Origin: Azolla caroliniana | Taxonomy: Eukaryota > Plantae > Polypodiophyta | DNA: 64,000 nt | Direction: 5' to 3' | Assembly: GCA_043228905.1 (NCBI GenBank) | Contig: JBHGNT010000024.1 | Coordinates: forward strand, 186,001 to 250,000 | Shown: one piece after another, positions 25,841 through 39,440 of the stretch | How the letters are laid out: every line of letters begins with the position of its first letter | Numbering within the stretch: position 1 is the stretch's first letter | Translations under genes and position numbers: made by a program | The notes under the pieces: generated by a model | Databases searched by the model: none | What the model was told of the DNA's origin: nothing | Seen by the model: only the letters and a program-made list of their open reading frames with translations

Positions 25841-28800
25841 AAGCTAACAACGCTACCTATGATATGGAATTAAAAAATCAAGAATTTGAAACTCAGGTCG
25901 AGAGACATGACGAAAATAGCAAACTTGAGGAGGGAGTTGAGAGGAGCCCTTGAGTTAATTAAAATGTTCATACCTGGCTCGTGTGGTATCGGATTTTTGT
26001 GTTCAAACATGCGAATCGAAGCTAACAATGCTAGCTATGATATGGAATTAAAAAATCAAGATTTTAAAACTCAAGTCCAGAGACATGACGAAATTACCTA
26101 ATTTGAGGAGTGAGTTGAGAAGAGCTAGTAGGTAAATTTAAATGTTCATACCTGGCTCGTGTCATATCGGATTTATTTGTTCAAATATGCGAATCGAAGC
26201 TAACAACGCTAGCTATGATATGGAATTAAAAAATCAAGATTTTGAAACTCAGGTCGAGAGACGTGACGAAAATAGCAAACTTGAGGAGGGAGTTGAGAAG
26301 AGCCCTTGAGTAAATTAAAATGTTCATACCTGGCTCGTGTGATATCGAATTTTTGTGTTCAAACATGCGAATCGAAGCTAACAACGCTACCTATGATATG
26401 GAATTAAAAAATCAAGATTTTAAAAGTCAGGTCGAGAGACATGACGAAAATAGCAAACTTGAGGAGGGAGTTGAGAGGAGCCCTTGAGTAAATTAAAATG
26501 TTCATACCTGGCTCGTGTGATATCGGATTTTTGTGTTCAAACATGCGAATCGAAGCTAACAACGCTACCTATGATATGGAATTAAAAAATCAAGAATTTG
26601 AAACTCAGGTCGAGAGATGTGACGAAATTACCAAATTTGAGAAGTGATTTGAGAGGAGCCCTTCAGTAAATTAAAATGTTCATATCGGGCTCGTGTGATA
26701 TCGGATTTTTGTGTTCAAACATGCGAATCGAAGCTAGCAACGCTAGCTATGATATGGAATTAAAAAATCAAGATTTTGAAACTCAGGTCGAGAGACATGA
26801 CGAAAATAGCAAACTTGAGGAGGGAGTTGAGAAGAGCCCTTGAGTAAATTAAAATGTTCATACCTGGCTCGTGTGATATCGAATTTTTGTGTTCAAACAT
26901 GCGAATCGAAGCTAACAACGCTACCTATGATATGGAATTAAAAAATCAAGATTTTGAAACTCAGGTCGAGAGACATGACGAAAATAGCAAACTTGAGGAG
27001 GGAGTTGAGAGGAGCCCTTGAGTAAATTAAAATGTTCATACCTGGCTCGTGTGGTATCGGATTTTTGTGTTCAAACATGCGAATCGAAGCTAACAACGCT
27101 AGCTATGATATGGAATTAAAAAATCAAGAATTTGAAACTCAGGTCGAGAGATGTGACGAAATTACCAAATTTGAGAAGTGATTTGAGAGGAGCCCTTCAG
27201 TAAATTAAAATGTTCATATCGGGCTCGTGTGATATCGGATTTTTGTGTTCAAACATGCAAATCGAAGCTAACAATGCTACCTATGATATGGAATTAAAAA
27301 ATCAAGAATTTGAAGCTCAGGTCGAGAGATGTGACGAAATTACCAAATCTGAAGAGTGAGTTGAGAAGAGCTAGTAGGTAAATTAAAATGTTCATATCGG
27401 GCTCGTGTGATATCGGATTATGGTGTTCAAACATGCAAATCGAAGCTAACAACGCTACCTATGATATGGAATTAAAAAATCAAGAATTTGAAACTCAGGT
27501 CGAGAGACATGACGAAAATAGCAAACTTGAGGAGGGAGTTGAGAGGAGCCCTTGAGTAAATTAAAATGTTCATATCGGGCTCGTGTGCTATCGGATTTTT
27601 GTGTTCAAACATGTGAATCGAAGCTAACAACGCTACCTATGATATGGAATTAAAAAATCAAGAATTTGAAACTCAGGTCGAGAGACATGACGAAAATAGC
27701 AAACTTGAGGAGGGAGTTGAGAGGAGCCCTTGAGTTAATTAAAATGTTCATACCTGGCTCGTGTGGTATCGGATTTTTGTGTTCAAACATGCGAATCGAA
27801 GCTAACAATGCTAGCTATGATATGGAATTAAAAAATCAAGATTTTAAAACTCAAGTCCAGAGACATGACGAAATTACCTAATTTGAGGAGTGAGTTGAGA
27901 AGAGCTAGTAGGTAAATTTAAATGTTCATACCTGGCTCGTGTCATATCGGATTTATTTGTTCAAATATGCGAATCGAAGCTAACAACGCTAGCTATGATA
28001 TGGAATTAAAAAATCAAGATTTTGAAACTCAGGTCGAGAGACATGACGAAAATAGCAAACTTGAGGAGGGAGTTGAGAAGAGCCCTTGAGTAAATTAAAA
28101 TGTTCATACCTGGCTCGTGTGATATCGAATTTTTGTGTTCAAACATGCGAATCGAAGCTAACAACGCTACCTATGATATGGAATTAAAAAATCAAGATTT
28201 TAAAACTCAGGTCGAGAGACATGACGAAAATAGCAAACTTCAGGAGGGAGTTGAGAGGAGCCCTTGAGTAAATTAAAATGTTCATACCTGGCTCGTGTGA
28301 TATCGGATTTTTGTGTTCAAACATGCGAATCGAAGCTAGCAACGCTGGCTATGATATGGAATTAAAAAATCAAGATTTTGAAACTCAGGTCGAGAGACAT
28401 GACGAAAATAGCAAACTTGAGGAGGGAGTTGAGAAGAGCCCTTGAGTAAATTAAAATGTTCATACCTGGCTCGTGTGATATCGAATTTTTGTGTTCAAAC
28501 ATGTGAATCGAAGCTAACAACGCTACCTATGATATGGAATTAAAAAATCAAGATTTTGAAACTCAGGTCGAGAGACATGACGAAAATAGCAAACTTGAGG
28601 AGGGAGTTGAGAGGAGCCCTTGAGTTAATTAAAATGTTCATACCTGGCTCGTGTGGTATCGGATTTTTGTGTTCAAACATGCGAATCGAAGCTAACAATG
28701 CTAGCTATGATATGGAATTAAAAAATCAAGATTTTAAAACTCAAGTCCAGAGACATGACGAAATTACCTAATTTGAGGAGTGAGTTGAGAAGAGCTAGTA

Positions 28801-29300
28801 GGTAAATTTAAATGTTCATACCTGGCTCGTGTCATATCGGATTTATTTGTTCAAATATGCGAATCGAAGCTAACAACGCTAGCTATGATATGGAATTAAA
28901 AAATCAAGATTTTGAAACTCAGGTCGAGAGACCTGACGAAAATAGCAAACTTGAGGAGGGAGTTGAGAAGAGCCCTTGAGTAAATTAAAATGTTCATACC
29001 TGGCTCGTGTGATATCGAATTTTTGTGTTCAAACATGCGAATCGAAGCTAACAACGCTACCTATGATATGGAATTAAAAAATCAAGATTTTAAAACTCAG
29101 GTCGAGAGACATGACGAAAATAGCAAACTTCAGGAGGGAGTTGAGAGGAGGCCTTGAGTAAATTAAAATGTTCATACCTGGCTCGTGTGATATCGGATTT
29201 TTGTGTTCAAACATGCGAATCGAAGCTAGCAACGCTAGCTATGATATGGAATTAAAAAATCAAGATTTTGAAACTCAGGTTGAGAGACATGACGAAAATA
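25340..29300. repeat. Overlapping 10-mer (1780 bp) and 5-mer (890 bp) periodic blocks
   Basis: ORF offsets 25886/27666 = 1780 and 27666/28556 = 890. Markers ATGTGAATCG, GAGTTAATT, AAACTTCAGG. Confidence 0.75.
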
Positions 29301-30131
29301 GCAAACTTGAGGAGGGAGTTGAGAAGAGCCCTTGAGTAAATTAAAATGTTCATACCTGGCTCGTGTGATATCGAATTTTTGTGTTCAAACATGCGAATCG
29401 AAGCTAACAACGCTACCTATGATATGGAATTAAAAAATCAAGATTTTGAAACTCAGGTCGAGAGACATGACGAAAATAGCAAACTTGAGGAGGGAGTTGA
29501 GAGGAGCCCTTGAGTAAATTAAAATGTTCATACCTGGCTCGTGTGGTATCGGATTTTTGTGTTCAAACATGCGAATCGAAGCTAACAACGCTAGCTATGA
29601 TATGGAATTAAAAAATCAAGAATTTGAAACTCAGGTCGAGAGATGTGACGAAATTACCAAATTTGAGGAATGATTTGAGAGGAGCCCTTGAGTAAATTAA
29701 AATGTTCATATCGGGCTCGTGTGATATCGGATTTTTGTGTTCAAACATGCAAATCGAAGCTAACAACGCTACCTATGATATGGAATTAAAAAATCAAGAT
29801 TTTAAAACTCAAGTCCAGAGACATGACGAAATTAGCAAACTTGAGGAGTGAGTTGAGAAGAGGTAGTAGGTAAATTAAAATGTTCATACCTGGCTCGTGT
29901 CATATCGGATTTATGTGTTCAAATATGCGAATCGAAGCTAACACCGCTAGCTATGAGATGGAATTAAAAAATCATGATTTTGAAACTTCGGTCGAGAGAC
30001 ATGATGAAAATAGCAAACTTGAGGAGGGAGTTGAGAAGAGCCCTTGAGTAAATTAAAGTGTTCATACCTGGCTCGTGTGATATCGGATTTTTGTGTTCAA
30101 ACATGCGAATCGAAGCTAACAACCCTACCTA

Positions 30132-30156
30132 GATTTTGTGTTCAAGATTTTTGTGT
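30132..30156. other. Complex indel (18 bp replaced by 25 bp of templated sequence) giving a 185-bp monomer; copy 1
   Basis: CTACCTA-GATTTTGTGTTCAAGATTTTTGTGT-TCAAGATTTTG replaces CTACCTA-TGATATGGAATTAAAAAA-TCAAGATTTTG. Confidence 0.92.
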
Positions 30157-33100
30157 TCAAGATTTTGAAACTCAGGTCGAGAGACATGACGAAAATAGCA
30201 AACTTGAGGAGGGAGTTGAGAAGAGCCCTTGAGTAAATTAAAATGTTCATACCTGGCTCGTGTGATATCGGATTTTTGTGTTCAAACATGCAAATCGAAG
30301 CTAACAACGCTAGCTATGATATGGAATTAAAAAATCAAGAATTTGAAACTCAGGTCGAGAGACATGACGAAAATAGCAAACTTGAGGAGGGAGTTGAGAA
30401 GAGCTAGTAGGTAAATTAAAATGCTCATTCCTGGCTCGTGTCATATCGGATTTATCTGTTCAAATATGCGAATCGAAGCTAACAACGCTACCTATGATAT
30501 GGAATTAAAAAATCAAGATTTTGAAACTCAGGTCGAGAGACATGAAGAAATTACCAAATTGGAGGAGTGAGTTGAGAAGAGGTAGTAGGTAAATTAAAAT
30601 GTTCATACCTGGCTCGTGTGATATCGGATTTTTGTGTTCAAACATGCGAATCGAAGCTGGCGACGCTACCTATGATATAGAATTAAAAAATCAAGATTTG
30701 GAAACTCAGGTCGAGAGACATAACGAAAATAGCAAACTTGAGGAGGGAGTTGAGAGGAGCCCTTGAGTAAATTAAAATGTTCATACCTGGCTCTTGTGAT
30801 ATCGGATTTTTGTGTTCAAACATGCGAATCGAAGCTAACAGCGCTAGCTATGATATGGAATTTAAAAATCAAGATTTTAAAAGTCATGTCCAGAGACATG
30901 ACCACAATAGCAAACTTGAGGAGGGAGTTGAGAGGAGCCCTTGAGTAAATTAAAATGTTCATACCTGGCTCGTGTGATATCGGATTTTTGTGTTCAAACA
31001 TGCAAATGGAAGCTAACAACGCTAGCTATGATATGGAATTAAAAAATCAAGATTTTGAAACTCAGGTCGAGAGACATGACGAAATTACCAAATTGGAGGA
31101 GTGAGTTGAGAAGAGGTAGTAGGTAAATTAAAATGTTCATACCTGGCTCGTGTGATATCGGATTTTTGTGTTCAAACATGCGAATCGAAGCTAACAACGC
31201 TACCTATGATATGGAATTAAAAAATCAAGATTTTGAAACTCAAGTCCAGAGACATGACGAAAATAGCAAACTTGAGGAGGGAGTTGAGAGGAGCCCTTGA
31301 GTAAATTAAAATGTTCATACCTGGCTCTTGTGATATCGGATTTTTGTGTTCAAACATGCGAATCGAAGCTAACAACGCTAGCTATGATATGGAATTTAAA
31401 AATCAAGATTTTAAACGTCAAGTCCAGAGACATGACCACAATAGCAAACTTGAGGAGGGAGTTGAGAGGAGCCCTTGAGTAAATTAAAATGTTCATACCT
31501 GGCTCGTGTGATATCGGATTTTTGTGTTCGAACATGCAAATGGAAGCTAACAACGCTAGCTATGATGTGGAATTAAAAAATCAAGATTTTAAAACTCAAG
31601 TCCAGAGACATGACGAAATTACCTAATTTGAGGAGTGAGTTGAGAAGAGCTAGTAGGTAAATTTAAATGTTCATACCTGGCTCGTGTCATATCGGATTTA
31701 TTTGTTCAAATATGGAAATCGAAGCTAACAACGCTAGCTATGATATGGAATTAAAAAATCAAGATTTTGAAACTCAGGTCGAGAGACATGACGAAAATAG
31801 CAAACTTGAGGAGGGAGTTGAGAGGAGCCCTTGAGTAAATTAAAATGTTCATACCTGGCTCGTGTGATATCGAATTTTTGTGTTCAAACATGCGAATCGA
31901 AGCTAACAACGCTACCTATGATATCGAATTAAAAAATCAAGATTTTAAAACTCAGGTCGAGAGACATGACGAAAATAGCAAACTTGAGGAGGCAGTTGAG
32001 AGGAGCCCTTGAGTAAATTAAAATGTTCATACCTGGCTCGTGTGATATCGGATTTTTGTGTTCAAACATGCGAATCGAAGCTAACAACGCTACCTATGAT
32101 GTGGAATTAAAAAATCAAGATTTGGAAACTCAGGTCGAGAGACATGACGAAAATAGCAAACTTGAGGAGGGAGTTGAGAAGAGCCCTTGACTAAATTAAA
32201 ATGTTCGTACCTGGCTCGTGTGATATCGAATTTTTGTGTTCAAACATGCGAATCGAAGCTAACAACGCTACCTATGATATGGAATTAAAAAATCAAGATT
32301 TTGAAACTCAGGTCGAGAGACATGACGAAAATAGCAAACTTGAGGAGGGAGTTGAGAGGAGCCCTTGAGTAAATTAAAATGTTCATACCTGGCTCTTGTG
32401 ATATCGGATTTTAGTGTTCAAACATGCGAATCGAAGCTAACAACGCTAGCTATGATATGGAATTTAAAAATCAAGATTTTAAACGTCAAGTCCAGAGACA
32501 TGACAACAATAGCAAACTTGAGGAGGGAGTTGAGAGGAGCCCTTGAGTAAATTAAAATGTTCATACCTGGCTCGTGTGATATCGGATTTTTGTGTTCAAA
32601 CATGCAAATGGAAGCTAACAACGCTAGCTATGATGTGGAATTAAAAAATCAAGATTTTGAAACTCAAGTCCAGAGACATGACGAAATTACCAATTTTGAG
32701 GAGTGAGTTGAGAAGAGCTAGTAGGTAAATTAAAATGCTCATTCCTGGCTCGTGTCATATCGGATTTATCTGTTCAAATATGCGAATCGAAGCTAACAAC
32801 GCTAGCTATGAGATGAAATTAAAAAATCAAGATTTTAAACGTCAAGTCCAGAGACATGACCACAATAGCAAACTTGAGGAGGGAGTTGAGAGGAGCCCTT
32901 GAGTAAATTAAAATGTTCATACCTGGCTCGTGTGATATCGGATTTTTGTGTTCAAACATGCGAATCGAAGCTAACAACGCTACCTATGATATGGAATTAA
33001 AAAATCAAGATTTTGAAAGTCAGGTCGAGAGACATGACGAAATTACCAAATTGGAGGAGTGAGTTGAGAAGAGGTAGTAGGTAAATTAAAATGTTCATAC

Positions 33101-34257
33101 CTGGCTCGTGTGATATCGGATTTTTGTGTTCAAACATGCAAATGGAAGCTAACAACGCTAGGTATGATGTGGAATTAAAAAATCAAGATTTTGAAACTCA
33201 GGTCGAGAGACATGACGAAAATAGCAAACTTGAGGAGGGAGTTGAGAGGAGCCCTTGAGTAAATTAAAATGTTCATACCTGGCTCTTGTGATATTGGATT
33301 TTTGTGTTCAAACATGCAAATCGAACCTAGCAACGCTAGCTATGATATGGAATTAAAAATCCAAGATTTTGAAACTCAGGTCGAGAGAAATGACGAAAAT
33401 AGCAAACTTGAGGAGGGAGTTGAGAGGAGCACTTGAGTAAATTAAAATGTTCATACCTGGCTCGTGTGATATCGGATTTTTGTGTTCAAACATGCGAATC
33501 GAAGCTGGCGACGCTACCTATGATATGGAATTAAAAAATCAAGATTTTGAAACTCAGGTCGAGAGACATGACGAAAATAGCAAACTTGAGGAGGGAGTTG
33601 AGAAGAGCCCTTGAGTAAATTAAAATGTTCATACCTGGCTCGTGTGATATCGAATTTTTGTGTTCAAACATGCGAATCGAAGCTAACAACGCTACCTATG
33701 ATATGGAATTAAAAAATCAAGATTTTGAAACTCAGGTCGAGAGACATGACGAAAATAGCAAACTTGAGGAGGGAGTTGAGAGGAGCCCTTGAGTAAATTA
33801 AAATGTTCATACCTAGCTCTTGTGATATCGGATTTTTGTGTTCAAACATGCGAATCGAAGCTAACAACGCTAGCTATGATATGGAATTTAAAAATCAAGA
33901 TTTTAAACGTCAAGTCCAGAGACATGACCACAATAGCAAACTTGAGGAGGGAGTTGAGAGGAGCCCTTGAGTAAATTAAAATGTTCATACCTGGCTCGTG
34001 TGATATCGGATTTTTGTGTTCAAACATGCGAATCGAAGCTAGCAACGCTAGCTATGATATGGAATTAAAAAATCAAGATTTTGAAACTCAGGTTGAGAGA
34101 CATGACGAAAATAGCAAACTTGAGGAGGGAGTTGAGAAGAGCCCTTGAGTAAATTAAAATGTTCATACCTGGCTCGTGTGATATCGAATTTTTGTGTTCA
34201 AACATGCGAATCGAAGCTAACAACGCTACCTATGATATGGAATTAAAAAATCAAGAT

Positions 34258-37200
34258 TTTGAAACTCAGGTCGAGAGACATGACGAAAATAGCAAACTTG
34301 AGGAGGGAGTTGAGAGGAGCCCTTGAGTAAATTAAAATGTTCATACCTGGCTCTTGTGATATCGGACTTTTGTGTTCAAACATGCGAATCGAAGCTAACA
34401 ACGCTAGCTATGATATGGAATTTAAAAATCAAGATTTTAAACGTCAAGTCCAGAGACATGACCACAATAGCAAACTTGAGGAGGGAGTTGAGAGGAGCCC
34501 TTGAGTAAATTAAAATGTTCATACCTGGCTCGTGTGATATCGGATTTTTGTGTTCGAACATGCAAATGGAAGCTAACAACGCTAGCTATGATGTGGAATT
34601 AAAAAATCAAGATTTTAAAACTCAAGTCCAGAGACATGACGAAATTACCTAATTTGAGGAGTGAGTTGAGAAGAGCTAGTAGGTAAATTTAAATGTTCAT
34701 ACCTGGCTCGTGTCATATCGGATTTATTTGTTCAAATATGGAAATCGAAGCTAACAACGCTAGCTATGATATGGAATTAAAAAATCAAGATTTTGAAACT
34801 CAGGTCGAGAGACATGACGAAAATAGCAAACTTGAGGAGGGAGTTGAGAAGAGCTAGTAGGTAAATTAAAATGCTCATTCCTGGCTCGTGTCATATCGGA
34901 TTTATCTGTTCAAATATGCGAATCGAAGCTAACAACGCTACCTATGATATGGAATTTTTGTGTTCAAACATGTGAATCGAAGCTAACAACGCTACCTATG
35001 ATATGGAATTAAAAAATCAAGATTTTGAAACTCAGGTCGAGAGACATGACGAAAATAGCAAACTTGAGGAGGGAGTTGAGAGGAGCCCTTGAGTTAATTA
35101 AAATGTTCATACCTGGCTCGTGTGGTATCGGATTTTTGTGTTCAAACATGCGAATCGAAGCTAACAATGCTAGCTATGATATGGAATTAAAAAATCAAGA
35201 TTTTAAAACTCAAGTCCAGAGACATGACGAAATTACCTAATTTGAGGAGTGAGTTGAGAAGAGCTAGTAGGTAAATTTAAATGTTCATACCTGGCTCGTG
35301 TCATATCGGATTTATTTGTTCAAATATGCGAATCGAAGCTAACAACGCTAGCTATGATATGGAATTAAAAAATCAAGATTTTGAAACTCAGGTCGAGAGA
35401 CATGACGAAAATAGCAAACTTGAGGAGGGAGTTGAGAAGAGCCCTTGAGTAAATTAAAATGTTCATACCTGGCTCGTGTGATATCGAATTTTTGTGTTCA
35501 AACATGCGAATCGAAGCTAACAACGCTACCTATGATATGGAATTAAAAAATCAAGATTTTAAAACTCAGGTCGAGAGACATGACGAAAATAGCAAACTTC
35601 AGGAGGGAGTTGAGAGGAGCCCTTGAGTAAATTAAAATGTTCATACCTGGCTCGTGTGATATCGGATTTTTGTGTTCAAACATGCGAATCGAAGCTAGCA
35701 ACGCTGGCTATGATATGGAATTAAAAAATCAAGATTTTGAAACTCAGGTCGAGAGACATGACGAAAATAGCAAACTTGAGGAGGGAGTTGAGAAGAGCCC
35801 TTGAGTAAATTAAAATGTTCATACCTGGCTCGTGTGATATCGAATTTTTGTGTTCAAACATGTGAATCGAAGCTAACAACGCTACCTATGATATGGAATT
35901 AAAAAATCAAGATTTTGAAACTCAGGTCGAGAGACATGACGAAAATAGCAAACTTGAGGAGGGAGTTGAGAGGAGCCCTTGAGTTAATTAAAATGTTCAT
36001 ACCTGGCTCGTGTGGTATCGGATTTTTGTGTTCAAACATGCGAATCGAAGCTAACAACGCTACCTATGATATGGAATTAAAAAATCAAGATTTTTAAACT
36101 CAGGTCGAGAGACATGACGAAATTACCAAATTTGAGGACTGAGTTGAGAAGAGCTAGTAGGTAAATTAAAATGTTCATACCTAGGTCTTGTGATATCGGA
36201 TTTTTGTGTTCAAACATGCGAATCGAAGCTAACAACGCTACCTATGATATGGAATTAAAAAATCAAGATTTTGAAACTCAGGTCGAGAGACATGACGAAA
36301 ATAGCAAACTTGAGGAAGGAGTTGAGAGGAGCTCTTGAGTAAATTAAAATGTTCATACCTGGCTCGTGTGATATCGGATTTTTGTGTTCAAACATGCGAA
36401 TCGAAGCTAACAACGCTACCTATGATATGGAATTAAAAAATCAAGAATTTGAAACTCAGGTCGAGAGATGTGACGAAATTACCAAATTTGAGGAGTGATT
36501 TGAGAGGAGCCCTTGAGTAAATTAAAATGTTCATATCGGGCTCGTGTGATATCGGATTTTTGTGTTCAAACATGCAAATCGAAGCTAACAACGCTACCTA
36601 TGATATGGAATTAAAAAATCAAGATTTTTAAACTCAGGTCGAGAGACATGATTAAAATAGCAAACTTGAGGAGGGAGTTGAGAAGAGCCCTTGAGTAAAT
36701 TAAAATGTTCATACCTGGCTCGTGTGATATCGGATTTTTGTGTTCCAACATGCAAATCGAAGCTAACAACGCTAGCTATGATATGGAATTAAAAAATCAA
36801 GAATTTGAAACTCAGGTCGAGAGACATGACGAAAATAGCAAACTTGAGGAGGGAGTTGAGAGGAGCCCTTGAGTAAATTAAAATGTTCATACCTGGCTCT
36901 TGTGATATCGGATTTTTGTGTTCAAACATGCGAATCGAAGCTAACAACGCTAGCTATGATATGGAATTTAAAAATCAAGATTTTAAACGTCAAGTCCAGA
37001 GACATGACCACAATAGCAAACTTGAGGAGGGAGTTGAGAGGAGCCCTTGAGTAAATTAAAATGTTCATACCTGGCTCGTGTGATATCGGATTTTTGTGTT
37101 CGAACATGCAAATGGAAGCTAACAACGCTAGCTATGATGTGGAATTAAAAAATCAAGATTTTAAAACTCAAGTCCAGAGACATGACGAAATTACCTAATT

Positions 37201-39440
37201 TGAGGAGTGAGTTGAGAAGAGCTAGTAGGTAAATTTAAATGTTCATACCTGGCTCGTGTCATATCGGATTTATTTGTTCAAATATGGAAATCGAAGCTAA
37301 CAACGCTAGCTATGATATGGAATTAAAAAATCAAGATTTTGAAACTCAGGTCGAGAGACATGACGAAAATAGCAAACTTGAGGAGGGAGTTGAGAAGAGC
37401 TAGTAGGTAAATTAAAATGCTCATTCCTGGCTCGTGTCATATCGGATTTATCTGTTCAAATATGCGAATCGAAGCTAACAACGCTACCTATGATATGGAA
37501 TTTTTGTGTTCAAACATGTGAATCGAAGCTAACAACGCTACCTATGATATGGAATTAAAAAATCAAGATTTTGAAACTCAGGTCGAGAGACATGACGAAA
37601 ATAGCAAACTTGAGGAGGGAGTTGAGAGGAGCCCTTGAGTTAATTAAAATGTTCATACCTGGCTCGTGTGGTATCGGATTTTTGTGTTCAAACATGCGAA
37701 TCGAAGCTAACAATGCTAGCTATGATATGGAATTAAAAAATCAAGATTTTAAAACTCAAGTCCAGAGACATGACGAAATTACCTAATTTGAGGAGTGAGT
37801 TGAGAAGAGCTAGTAGGTAAATTTAAATGTTCATACCTGGCTCGTGTCATATCGGATTTATTTGTTCAAATATGCGAATCGAAGCTAACAACGCTAGCTA
37901 TGATATGGAATTAAAAAATCAAGATTTTGAAACTCAGGTCGAGAGACATGACGAAAATAGCAAACTTGAGGAGGGAGTTGAGAAGAGCCCTTGAGTAAAT
38001 TAAAATGTTCATACCTGGCTCGTGTGATATCGAATTTTTGTGTTCAAACATGCGAATCGAAGCTAACAACGCTACCTATGATATGGAATTAAAAAATCAA
38101 GATTTTAAAACTCAGGTCGAGAGACATGACGAAAATAGCAAACTTCAGGAGGGAGTTGAGAGGAGCCCTTGAGTAAATTAAAATGTTCATACCTGGCTCG
38201 TGTGATATCGGATTTTTGTGTTCAAACATGCGAATCGAAGCTAGCAACGCTGGCTATGATATGGAATTAAAAAATCAAGATTTTGAAACTCAGGTCGAGA
38301 GACATGACGAAAATAGCAAACTTGAGGAGGGAGTTGAGAAGAGCCCTTGAGTAAATTAAAATGTTCATACCTGGCTCGTGTGATATCGAATTTTTGTGTT
38401 CAAACATGTGAATCGAAGCTAACAACGCTACCTATGATATGGAATTAAAAAATCAAGATTTTGAAACTCAGGTCGAGAGACATGACGAAAATAGCAAACT
38501 TGAGGAGGGAGTTGAGAGGAGCCCTTGAGTTAATTAAAATGTTCATACCTGGCTCGTGTGGTATCGGATTTTTGTGTTCAAACATGCGAATCGAAGCTAA
38601 CAACGCTACCTATGATATGGAATTAAAAAATCAAGATTTTTAAACTCAGGTCGAGAGACATGACGAAATTACCAAATTTGAGGACTGAGTTGAGAAGAGC
38701 TAGTAGGTAAATTAAAATGTTCATACCTAGGTCTTGTGATATCGGATTTTTGTGTTCAAACATGCGAATCGAAGCTAACAACGCTACCTATGATATGGAA
38801 TTAAAAAATCAAGATTTTGAAACTCAGGTCGAGAGACATGACGAAAATAGCAAACTTGAGGAAGGAGTTGAGAGGAGCTCTTGAGTAAATTAAAATGTTC
38901 ATACCTGGCTCGTGTGATATCGGATTTTTGTGTTCAAACATGCGAATCGAAGCTAACAACGCTACCTATGATATGGAATTAAAAAATCAAGAATTTGAAA
39001 CTCAGGTCGAGAGATGTGACGAAATTACCAAATTTGAGGAGTGATTTGAGAGGAGCCCTTGAGTAAATTAAAATGTTCATATCGGGCTCGTGTGATATCG
39101 GATTTTTGTGTTCAAACATGCAAATCGAAGCTAACAACGCTACCTATGATATGGAATTAAAAAATCAAGATTTTTAAACTCAGGTCGAGAGACATGATTA
39201 AAATAGCAAACTTGAGGAGGGAGTTGAGAAGAGCCCTTGAGTAAATTAAAATGTTCATACCTGGCTCGTGTGATATCGGATTTTTGTGTTCCAACATGCA
39301 AATCGAAGCTAACAACGCTAGCTATGATATGGAATTAAAAAATCAAGAATTTGAAACTCAGGTCGAGAGACATGACGAAAATAGCAAACTTGAGGAGGGA
39401 GTTGAGAGGAGCCCTTGAGTAAATTAAAATGTTCATACCT
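34258..39440. repeat. 14-monomer HOR of 2546 bp, two tandem copies, each with a 232-bp (+54) monomer
   Basis: ORF offsets are 2546 = 14x178+54 (34323/36869, 35025/37571, 35915/38461). Extra 54 bp at ~34957-35010 and ~37503-37556. Markers GAGGACTGAG, CCTAGGTCTT, GAGCTCTTG, ATGATTAAAAT. Confidence 0.93.
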
